Origin: Eledone cirrhosa
Lineage: Eukaryota
Direction of reading: 5' to 3'
Assembly: GCA_964016885.1 (NCBI GenBank)
Contig: OZ024743.1
Location: 118,482,001 to 118,546,000, forward strand
DNA length: 64,000 nt
Shown here in pieces: positions 1-10,634 of the stretch (its first letter is position 1; each line of letters starts with the position of its first letter). The notes beneath the pieces were generated by a model. The model saw only the letters and a program-made list of their open reading frames with translations, was not told the DNA's origin and did not search any database. The translations under genes were made by a program, and so were the position numbers.

Positions 1-23
1 GCGGTGTGTCACATATCAAATCA

Positions 24-93
24 TATATTTTGTCTGATGAAGACGTACTTAAAAACACCATTTGTACCTTTGCAATATGTATCATAAAATATA
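24..93 (+). ncRNA. Degenerate type I hammerhead ribozyme motif in a Penelope-like 3' end (window edge, repeat runs to about 222)
   Basis: TATATTTTGT-CTGATGA-AGACGTAC...GTACCTTT-GCAA (GAAA mutated)-TATGTA-TC-ATAAAATATA. Stem I arms are complementary. Downstream 120-222 resembles 5910-6015. Confidence 0.6.
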
Positions 94-222
94 TATTTTG
101 ATTATGAGAATATTATTCATTTATTATCATTTTGAATAATATTAAAAACTCCAGGAAAATCTCCGTTGAGTGCTTCTAATATTGTATTTGTTGAGTAATC
201 AACGAACCATATTAATCTTTGG

Positions 223-301
<79 letters not shown>

Positions 302-560
302 TGTGTGAGTCGCTTCTATCTTTTATAATTTATTTCATATTAAAAAATGAAATAAATTATAAAAGATACACATATGAATATTTATTTCATTTTTTAATAA
401 ATATTTTTTCTCTTTGATATTTTTTTTATAAATATTTTTTCTATTTGATATATATTTATCCTTATCGAGCCCTCTTTGGATTTTAGTCTTCACATTTATT
501 ATTATTATTATATATATATAGAGAGAGAGAGAGAAAGAGAGAGAGAGACAGAGAGAGAGA

Positions 561-652
<92 letters not shown>

Positions 653-691
653 ATAAGAAGTCAGATTTGCAAATTGTAATGAAACTTTATT

Positions 692-780
692 GCATGTTAC
701 AACTGTTTCGATATTGATTGTCCTCGGGTATCATCAGACGATCGGATCCCGACACTTAATCGATACGTCTTCAGATATGC
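692..780 (-). ncRNA. Hammerhead ribozyme-like motif with long stem II followed by AATAAA (Penelope-like pLTR remnant)
   Basis: Minus strand reads GCATAT-CTGAAGA-C-GTATCGATT...AATCAATAT-C-GAAA-CAGTTG-TA-ACATGC-AATAAA. One mismatch in stem I and a near-palindromic stem III. Confidence 0.55.
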
Positions 781-813
781 GAGTTTACATACTTGGGTGG
801 TCCCATCCAAACA

Positions 814-917
<104 letters not shown>

Positions 918-1129
918 GTTAAAGTGTACATCTACATATGTATACGGAAGTATTAGTATGCATATAAATACACACATGTATACATATGTACATGTACTCA
1001 GCTTTTCACTAGACACTTTACAGTGAGTGTCAGCTAGTCTGTATGTAACCACACAGGCGGACCGGGTTTTAGAGTCATACGAGTTTTCAAGGAAACACAT
1101 TTCCTCTATTCTCCAGCGGGCCAGACAGG

Positions 1130-1174
1130 AATATTGGACTAGTTTCGATGTTATTACATCTCATCAGCAATATT
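1130..1174 (-). ncRNA. Type I hammerhead ribozyme, family A (second copy 1599-1643)
   Basis: AATATTG-CTGATGA-GATGT aata ACATC-GAAA-CTAG-TC-CAATATT: complete core, 7-bp stem I, 5-bp stem II, palindromic ACTAGT stem III, GUC cleavage triplet. Confidence 0.9.
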
Positions 1175-2081
1175 TACCCATCTTCCGGCTTCTCTGGAGA
1201 ATTGTAAAAGCACATATCGTTATATGCTTTTTCTATGAAAATTAGTAGTGGGTAGACTAATTTGCATAGAACGTGAGTCATTGTACGCACCGGTTCAGCG
1301 GAAACGATAAAAACAAATAACGAAACGAAATTAAATTTCGTTTCGCTTCTAACTCACTTTTGTATGACTGACGCTTAAACAATTAAGTTAAAGTGTACAT
1401 CTACATATGTATACGGAAGTATTAGTATGCATATAAATACACACATGTATACATATGTACATGTACTCAGCTTTTCACTAGACACTTTACAGTGAGTGTC
1501 AGCTAGTCTGTATGTAACCACACAGGCGGACCGGGTTTTAGAGTCATACGAGTTTTCAAGGAAACACATTTCCTCTATTCTCCAGAGGGCCAGACAGGAA
1601 TATTGGACTAGTTTCGATGTTATTACATCTCATCAGCAATATTTACCCATCTTCCGGCTTCTCTGGAGAATTGTAAAAGCACATATCGTTATATGCTTTT
1701 TCTATGAAAATTAGTAGTGGGTAGACTAATTTGCATAGAACATGAGTCATTGTACGCACCGGTTCAGCGGAAACGATAAAAACAAATAACGAAACGAAAT
1801 TAAATTTCGTTTCGCTTCTAACTCACTTTTGTATGACTGACGCTTAAACAATTAACTTAATTGTTTAACTTAATTGTTTAAGCGTCAGTCATACAGAAGT
1901 GAGTTAGAAGCGAAACGAAATTTAATTTCGTTTCGTTATTTGTTTTTATCGTTTCCGCTGAACCGGTGCGTACAATGACTCACGTTCTATGCAAATTAGT
2001 CTACCCACTACTAATTTTCATAGAAAAAGCATATAACGATATGTGCTTTTACAATTCTCCAGAGAAGCCGGAAGATGGGTA

Positions 2082-2126
2082 AATATTGCTGATGAGATGT
2101 AATAACATCGAAACTAGTCCAATATT
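2082..2126 (+). ncRNA. Type I hammerhead ribozyme, family A, inverted arm
   Basis: Same motif as 1130-1174, read directly on the plus strand. Confidence 0.9.
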
Positions 2127-2410
2127 CCTGTCTGGCCCTCTGGAGAATAGAGGAAATGTGTTTCCTTGAAAACTCGTATGACTCTAAAACCCGGTCCGCC
2201 TGTGTGGTTACATACAGACTAGCTGACACTCACTTTAAAGTGTCTAGTGAAAAGCTGAGTACATGTACATATGTATACATGGGTGTATTTATATGCATAC
2301 TAATACTTCCGTATACATATGTAGATGTACACTTTAACTTAATTGTTTAAGCGTCAGTCATACAAAAGTGAGTTAGAAGCGAAACGAAATTTAATTTCGT
2401 TTCGTTATTT

Positions 2411-2507
<97 letters not shown>

Positions 2508-2508
2508 G

Positions 2509-2562
<54 letters not shown>

Positions 2563-2566
<4 letters not shown>

Positions 2567-2733
2567 TTGAAAAAAGGAAGACAATGACTTCACGTGTAGT
2601 TCTAAATAATTTGATTTAATTATTTAATTATATATTATAATATTATGAGATTCATAATATTATAATATTATAAAATTAAATCAAATTGTTTAGAACTACA
2701 AGTGAAGTCATTCTTTTCTTTTTTTCAAATATA
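2563..2733. repeat. Imperfect palindrome (foldback) next to (TA)n
   Basis: TTTGAAAAAAGGAAGACAATGACTTCACGTGTAGTTCTAAATAATTTGATTTAATT is mirrored by AATTAAATCAAATTGTTTAGAACTACAAGTGAAGTCATTCTTTTCTTTTTTTCAAA. Confidence 0.8.
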
Positions 2734-2783
2734 CGTAACTGTACCAAGGATTTAACCCCCCCCCAAAAAAAAAAACCCACATA

Positions 2784-2818
<35 letters not shown>

Positions 2819-2855
2819 GTAATATTAACAGAATAGATATTCTTGTGATCAATTA

Positions 2856-2922
2856 TATTTTATTATACATATTTCAGATGTACTGAGTTAGGTTTAACAG
2901 TACGTCCGCATCAGATAAAATA
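2856..2922 (-). ncRNA. Hammerhead ribozyme motif (one core substitution) at the 3' end of the Penelope-like element
   Basis: TATTTTAT-CTGATGC-GGACGTACTG...CAGTACATCT-GAAA-TATGTA-TA-ATAAAATA: perfect 8-bp stem I, 10-bp stem II with one mismatch, core A9 changed to C. Confidence 0.7.
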
Positions 2923-4786
2923 GGACGATGCATGACATACCCTGACATAGTAGATGGTTAAGATTCAGTCATGGTAGTGATTAACATATGACAAAACTCA
3001 ATATGTATACCCTAATATTGAGAACATAAGATAACATAATACAAACAATAGAGAGGGTGCGTGTAATATAGCTTAAAAAATACATTGCATCAATATAACA
3101 TATAAACATTTTTTTTTTATAAACTACTGAAGAAAAGGGAGGGAAAGAAAGCATAGAGGAAGAAACAGCTGATGTGATAATATATTTAATAGGTGGCTCG
3201 AAAAACAAATGAAAGATGATTAAAGAGAGAGAGAGAGAGAGAGAGACAAAGGGGAGTTATTTATGTTCAAGTTTATATACAACTTTCCATATACCCAAAT
3301 TAATATGGTTGGCCGTTAATATTCAAAATATTTAATCTAAGTTATTTCAGAGTAATGAATAATATTTTAGGTTTTAAAAGTTAATAGGTATTTGTATTAA
3401 TATTATAATTATGTTTAATTTTTTAAATTTAAATTTTATGAAAACAAATTTAAAGGATTTAGGAAACACAAGAAAGAAAATATATAATTCTTTTATACCC
3501 TCACGAAAGTAATCTTTACCAAAATTATTTATAATATTGACAACAGTTTATATAATACAATTCATAAAATAATTCTAGTTATAATTATTAAAGAATTTAT
3601 TGTTAAATAGTTTGAGTGCCTAAAAGATCAACCGGCCTTATAACTAAACTTAAAGAAATCTGAATTTTTAATTATATATATGTGTTGATCAAAAAATATA
3701 CAAGGATTATAGTTTATTATTTGTTTATAATTGAGCTGAAACCTTTCAAATATATATAATATAATACAATAATACAATATAGTAAATAGGTTACTGAAAA
3801 TATTGTTCACAAAATATATATAGTTAAAAAATATTGTTAAAAAATATTGTTAAAAAATTAATGTTTGATATCAATTATTTTCATTTAGTTGATATACACT
3901 ATAAACATATAAGTCAAAACTACATGAGTCCTAATGATAGGGGCTAGATACAAAGTAAATATACAAATAAAAGATAATGAATTGTTTGCGAAACTTAAAT
4001 ATGCCCAATATTAAAATATATTATAAATGTAATAGTATTTTAATATAGTAGACAAAAGATACATCTAAAATATTTTAGCGAATGTGATAGAAAGAGGAGC
4101 TAAGTATTTGAAAAAGCCGAAGGTAATCTAAATTTAATTAAAATAAAATAAGTTAAATTACTTTATATTATATTAAGTAAAAATCATTATATAAATTCGA
4201 ACTTCCAGGGAATATCAAACACTTATAACAATATAGAGTCATTTGAGTGTCTAAATTATTTATAAATGTAACTACGAGTAAGTTATTACACTAGATAAAG
4301 ATATTTGTACAACTATATAGAGATATTATTATAGGTATTAATGAAACGGTATACATTTAATAAATATATAATTATAATCATTATTAGTAATGCTATAATT
4401 GTAGTTTTACCTCCAGTTCAGTGGAGAGAGAGACCAATATTTGTTGACTATTATAGTTTGTTATATTTATACCTAGATATATATAAAAAAGCAAATCTAA
4501 CTTTCTGAGACCATAAAAACATACTCAAAATGAGTAAAATATGTAAAATATGCAAACGCATGAATGATCCAGAATTCAATTATAATCAGTAAATTTACAA
4601 GTTAAATATCCAAATTATATATTTAAAACAGAGACTGATAAATAAAGATCTGAATCAAAGTTATAAATATCCCAAAAAACCATAAGGTATGCATATTTAT
4701 CAAGTAAACAAGTTATCAAAAGAGTATCCTTCATTCTAACATTAATTCTATCATAAACGATTAGAAGGTAAAGCATTATTAAAGTT

Positions 4787-5893
4787 TTATAAACCGTTAT
4801 GACTTTTTAGGCCCAACAGTTGATAAGAGAGGTCAAAAATTAAGGTCTGATTGTTTAGTGTTTTTTCCTGATTTTTTTGCGAGGCTTGGAATGTAGACAA
4901 AGCTTTATGAAGGCAGTTTGAGAATAATTTACTTTTTTTGTTAATTAAGTTTTCATAATTAGTAATTATTAATAGGGTCTCCTTGGTGCAGAGGTTGCAA
5001 CTAGTTGATATAGATGAGTTCGTATATATTTTACTATTACAAAGCTTCGTCCAAAAGATCGAGTATTTTAAATTTTTGTCTTTTAATGACCAGATAAGTT
5101 GTGATAAAGAAGTCGAAGACTTCCTATTAAAATTCAAAAATGAGCATTTGTGATTTGCAAATCTCGATTTAAATGTCGAAGAAGTTGCTCCTATGTAGTT
5201 GTATGTGTTGTTATTTGTTTTTACGGTGCATTTATACAACAGATTTCTATCCAGACAATTATTTTGCAGAGGACAATCTGGTTTATTTCTACAATTACAT
5301 TTCGATTTATTATTATTTATATTAACACTATTATTAATAGCATTATGTTGATTTTGGTTTAGAATTATACTATTTAGTTTAGCAATGTTTTGGGCCATAT
5401 TCATAGTTGTAGAATAAGACAGTTTAATTGTGTGTCTATTAAATATGGAGTGGTATTTATGTTGACTAGGGAAGGAACTATCTAAAGCTTTAAAAGATAG
5501 ATTAGCTATTGGTGTTCTTACTGCTACAGAAGCAGGGGGGGGGGGCAAACCATATAACTGATTTAGTTCTGGTTGTATTCCTAGATTTATTCACAGTACA
5601 GGTGCTTGAATTATAATTATTAGAATTTTTAGAATTTCGTTTATATATGCCATTATTTTTATCAGCATTAAGACTCGGATAATAATTGTCTATATATTCT
5701 ATATTATTTTTATAACCTGCCTTTCTTAGCGCATCATTGTAATATCCTGCTTTTTCATCAAATATTGATTTATTGGCAGATATTCTAGTTATGCGTTTTT
5801 GTACACTTTTTACAATTGCGTTTTTCACAGATTTAGGGTGCTTAGAGTAGTAACTAACGTAATTTAAGTTTTCATTGGGCTTATGGGAAGGGT
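4787..5893 (-). pseudogene. Penelope-like polyprotein C-terminus: RT thumb, Cys-rich linker, GIY-YIG endonuclease (frameshifted, 5' truncated)
   Basis: KPNENLNYVSYYSKHP...IWFAPP, frameshift in the G-run near 5535-5546, then IFNRHTIKLSYS, CNCRNKPDCPLQNNC, LLY...YIGATSSTFKSRFANH, CNLCTKE...LIN. These motifs are typical of PLE GIY-YIG domains. Confidence 0.88.
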
Positions 5894-6021
5894 AACAAGA
5901 ATATCTATTTTGTTAATATTTTGAATTAATATTAATAACTCTGGAAAATCTTTCTGTTGAGTGCTTCCAATCTATTGTAAAACTCATTCTTTGATGTATT
6001 CATTGAACCTTGTTTAAATTT

Positions 6022-6049
<28 letters not shown>

Positions 6050-6056
<7 letters not shown>

Positions 6057-6832
6057 GTTGAGACAGTAAACAGAAAACAAAAAAAACGTGGAAGCGAAGA
6101 GACAGTACAAATGTTATTATTAATTTCACGCTTGAGAGTGGGGGGGGGGCTTTCGGGCATAAGCCCTTCATGGGGAGAAAGGTGGGCAGGAAGAAAGTTC
6201 CAAGAGTGTATGGGGGAGTGGTGGAAAGAGATTAACAAATTATTTAAAAGGGGGTGGAGTAAAATTTATTTTTGGAGCGTAAAACATTTTTTCATAAAAA
6301 TAAACAAGGGGTGAAATGGTGTGAGGCGTGTAGAGGTGGTGGTGAATGGAGAGGGTAAAAGGAGACGGGGGGGGGTCCGAGCGGGGAGAGCTGAAGGTGG
6401 TGTGTGTGTGTGTGGACGTGAATGTGAGAGTTGGGGGAAGAACGAGGTTCCATGTTCGGGAAATAGGGAAATCGGTGTGTACATGGGTGGGGTGTAAGTC
6501 GGTGTGTGTATGCGTGTGGATGAAGAGGGGTCAGAGAGGGTGGAGGAGAAGGGGCGTGTGGAGTCCGGAGGCTTATTGTGTGTATGTGAGGATACGCATG
6601 TGTGTGTGTTTATAAGTGGTGTCGTTGTATGGTGGCGTGGTGAGAAAATAGTGTAAGTGTTTGCGTGCGTGTTCCTGGGGTTTTTCTACGGACTAGGAGA
6701 CCAGATGTTGGAGATTCTGAGTGTGGCATGATGGATGGCTGGAGCGATGAACCAGTGGTGTAAAATTCTGGTATGGTAGTGAGGAAGTGGAGAGTTTTGG
6801 GGTGCGCGTGCAACAGGAAGTGTTCAGAGGGT
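6050..6832 (-). mobile_element. Probable heavily degenerate Penelope-like 3' fragment
   Basis: Minus strand has CCATGA-AGGGC ttat GCCC-GAAA (remnant HHR stem II, 6151-6173) followed by a T-rich tail ending at (TA)n. Strong G/C strand skew and no readable ORF. Confidence 0.35.
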
Positions 6833-8020
6833 ATATAATTTTCTTATACAAAAAAAATTGATTTTAAAATTTAAATTTCTAACATTCATATTTTGTGTAA
6901 ATAAAACTCCTAAGGAAATATTAACCCCAGGGAATGTATAACAGAAATATGACGACCGTCTTCATTAGCGACATTGTTAAGTACTTACACGGAAAAATTG
7001 AATGTTTACACATGAAACGTGACAACGTTGTAATCTCTTCTTAGAAATGTATTTAGATTCTTCTTCACATACAAAGTACTAAATAAAGAAATCTATAGAA
7101 TCTATGAATCTATGAATAAATACTAATCTGCTAACAATATAGTAGACTAACCTAAAATAAAATATAACCACAAATACGGCGTAATTAGTCCCTTAGACAC
7201 AACACGTGTTAAAAATTATAAACCACGTTTAAAATGAGTCAAATAATACTAACTGCTGAATATATGGACATATTAAAAAATACATTGGAAACAAAATGCA
7301 TATTATATAGCAGCTAACTATAAACGATCGCAATATTAATATGTTACAAGAATTAATATCACATTTTGAGTTACAAATTGCTGACCTATAATTACATGAT
7401 CAAGCAATATTGACTGTCTTGATTTCCAAATTTGAAAGTAAACCTGAAATTTATAAACTTACTCAATCTATCTTTTATCACCACTGAAGTGCACACTTTC
7501 TCATCCGTTCACCATCAATAGAAAATAATGCATTTATCCTATACAAATAATAACCATAAAAACAAACAAATTGATAATTCAGCAAAATACAATAAGAAAC
7601 ACACACATATTATATGTTAGTTTCATACTAGTCACAATATAATATCTCTCACTGACTTGTGGAGTTAAATCTATCCCATCAGATCGAATAATGTATACGA
7701 AATATTACAACCATGCCCATTGAAATTAAGTGCAGTATCTACAAATTACTGTTTATCTGAATGCAGGCAAATAGTATTCACATCACTACATAATAAAAAA
7801 TACTACTTTTCATAAAAAAAGCCCAAATACGCTCCTACAGACAAAAACGTACTAGATTTTATACACAGTCTTCAGAAAGTATCATCTTACAGCAATATGT
7901 CCGTCTTTACTAAAATGTAGCATTTTCAAAAAAGGTTTCAGCGAATATAAAAATTGAAGTGCATATATATGTATATATATATGTATACATATGTATATAT
8001 ATATATATGTATGTATATAA

Positions 8021-8094
<74 letters not shown>

Positions 8095-8179
8095 CCAGGG
8101 GGTGTAACTTGGAGTTACTGCAGGTTCACCCGGGAGAGCACTCGATGTTTAGGTCCACTTCTAGCTATACAGAGTGTAA

Positions 8180-8331
8180 TATATTGAAAGGATAACAAAG
8201 ACGATTGATTACTCCTTCATTGCATTTATTGATAGGTGGCGCGCGTTTCGCCACTGATAAGCTCAAGGTTCGATCTGTATCGATCCTATCCGACTCAATG
8301 GAGAGGTAATCAATCGTCCTTTTTATCCTTT

Positions 8332-8337
<6 letters not shown>
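8180..8337. repeat. Short foldback with a half hammerhead (pLTR-like remnant)
   Basis: Inverted arms of about 43 bp (8180-8222 and 8296-8337). The minus strand inside reads CGAAACGCGCG...AATAAA. Confidence 0.6.
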
Positions 8338-8388
<51 letters not shown>

Positions 8389-8484
8389 AATTAAAATACT
8401 AGAGTGTGTTGGAGTTAAACACCCTCTTCATATTATAGAAATGACAGTATAAGATATAGCTCAATGTAATTAAACAGAGCCGAG

Positions 8485-8561
<77 letters not shown>

Positions 8562-8583
8562 ATATTATATTATATATATATAT

Positions 8584-8658
<75 letters not shown>

Positions 8659-8660
<2 letters not shown>

Positions 8661-8958
8661 CCACCCAGCTTATGCTCGCTCATGAAATCCAACCAGCTTA
8701 TGCTGACCGGACAACCATGTTGCTTGTTTATTTTCCTATCTTCGGTTTGCTCTTATCCTTCTATGTTGTTTACTTGTTCCCCTCGCCTTACGCGAATTCT
8801 GGTCCCAATAACTTTTTTTAGTTATTGCTCGCACCAACCTGAGGTATCTAATTTTTAATGTGATGAAATACCAATAATGGTTGGAAAATCACTGACGAAG
8901 GACTATTTTTATCATATGTAACCCATGTGCAAACCACGCAGTATACTTCTTTCTTCTC

Positions 8959-8965
<7 letters not shown>
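8659..8965 (+). repeat. Unclassified (TA)n-embedded interspersed repeat, family D (other copies 39452-39740 and 41760-42532, minus strand)
   Basis: Shared block GATGAAATACCAATRATGGTTGG..ATCACTGAYGARGGACTA..ATATGTAAYCCAT..AACCAYGCAG next to the (TA)n junction in three loci. Confidence 0.7.
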
Positions 8966-9003
<38 letters not shown>

Positions 9004-9008
<5 letters not shown>

Positions 9009-10332
9009 CAAATAACGAAACGAAATTAAATTTCGTTTCGTTTGTAACTCACTTTTGTATGACTGACGCTTAAACAATTAAGTTAAAAATGTACATCTAC
9101 ATATGCATACTGAAATACTAGTGTGTATATGAATACACACACGTATACATATGTAGGTGTACCAAGTCTTTCACTGGTCGCTTTGCAGTGAGCGGCCCAG
9201 CTATTCTGTATGTAAACACAGACAAACCGGTTTTTAGAGTCATACTGGTTTTTCGGGGGAACACCTTCCCCCTATTCTCCAGAAAGCCAGACAAGGAATA
9301 TTGAACTAGTTTCGTTGTTGTTACAACTCATCAGCAATATTTACCTATCTACCGGCCTTTCTGGAGAATTGTAAAAGCACATATCGTTATATGCTTTTTC
9401 TATGAAAATTAGTAGTGGGCAGACTAATTTGCATAGAGTGTGAGTACGCACCGGTTCAGCGGAGACGATAAAAACAAATAACGAAACGAAATTAAATTTC
9501 GTTTCGTTTGTAAGGTAAATAATTTGCATAGAGTGTGAGTACGCACCGGTTCAGCGGAGACGATAAAAACAAATAACGAAACGAAATTAAATTTCGTTTC
9601 GTTCGTAGGTAAATATTGCTGATGAGTTGTAACAACAACGAAACTAGTTCAATATTCCTTGTCTGGCTTTCTGGACAATAGGGGGAAGGTGTTCCCCCGA
9701 AAAACCAGTATGACTCTAAAAACCGGTTTGTCTGTGTTTACATACAGAATAGCTGGGCCGCTCACTGCAAAGCGACCAGTGAAAGACTTGGTACACCTAC
9801 ATATGTATACGTGTGTGTATTCATATACACACTAGTATTTCAGTATGCATATGTAGATGTACATTTTTAACTTAATTGTTTAAGCGTCAGTCATACAAAA
9901 GTGAGTTACAAACGAAACGAAATTTAATTTCGTTTCGTTATTTGTTTTTATCGTCTCCGCTGAACCGGTGCGTACTCACACTCTATGCAAATTAGTCTGC
10001 CCACTACTAATTTTCATAGAAAAAGCATATAACGATATGTGCTTTTACAATTCTCCAGAAAGGCCGGTAGATAGGTAAATATTGCTGATGAGTTGTAACA
10101 ACAACGAAACTAGTTCAATATTCCTTGTCTGGCTTTCTGGAGAATAGGGGGAAGGTGTTCCCCCGAAAAACCAGTATGACTCTAAAAACCGGTTTGTCTG
10201 TGTTTACATACAGAATAGCTGGGCCGCTCACTGCAAAGCGACCAGTGAAAGACTTGGTACACCTACATATGTATACGTGTGTGTATTCATATACACACTA
10301 GTATGCACATGTAGATGTACATTTTTAACTTA

Positions 10333-10336
<4 letters not shown>
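9004..10336. mobile_element. Retrozyme-like family A locus 2 (subfamily A2, 466-bp unit), head-to-head arms in (TA)n
   Basis: Clear homologue of 912-2413. Left arm 9004 to about 9604 with a short internal duplication; inverted arm about 9606-10336 at a 466-bp period. HHRs at 9297-9341 (-), 9612-9656 (+) and 10078-10122 (+). Confidence 0.85.
9612..9656 (+). ncRNA. Type I hammerhead ribozyme, subfamily A2
   Basis: AATATTG-CTGATGA-GTTGT aaca ACAAC-GAAA-CTAG-TT-CAATATT. Stem II has a compensatory A-T to T-A swap relative to locus 1. GUU triplet. Confidence 0.9.
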
Positions 10337-10363
<27 letters not shown>

Positions 10364-10634
10364 GGATATATATCTATCTCTGGGATGGACACACGCGTGA
10401 AAGTTGCTGAGTAAGTTCTGCTTAAATTTCTATAGAAATTCTTGACTGTAAACTTTTATTTTTGTACCATTTTGTAGAGGGACTGCCAGGTCAAATTTTG
10501 ATCTGGTCGGTCTCTCAAAATATTCTACGCCTTTAGGCGAAATAGTTAACAAAAAGTTTTTTTTTGAAAAGCTAACATTTTTTTTAAATCGCTGAAGCTT
10601 CTTCACCAAAATTCGAAGGAGGAAAGGGGAAGAT

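Larger units (their letters stand above)
2821..6022 (-). mobile_element. 5'-truncated Penelope-like retroelement: RT thumb plus GIY-YIG, long AT-rich 3' UTR, terminal HHR, inverted 3' fragment at the 5' junction
   Basis: Coding remnant 4787-5893 and HHR motif 2856-2922. The sequence at 5895-5921 (ACAAGAATATCTATTTTGTTAATATT) is the inverted copy of the 3' end at 2821-2846. Both ends abut (TA)n. Confidence 0.8.

Noticed and set aside
1027-1245. Repeated 72-aa ORF (MSASLYV...) and the repeated 69-aa ORF (MLCSFVC...) in the 56-62 kb array
   Set aside because: Both start at GTG, lie antisense to the ribozyme, and are not conserved as proteins between the related families. They recur only because the DNA is repeated.
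6140-6180. Active hammerhead ribozyme
   Set aside because: Only stem II and GAAA remain. The CUGAUGA core, stem III and stem I are destroyed.
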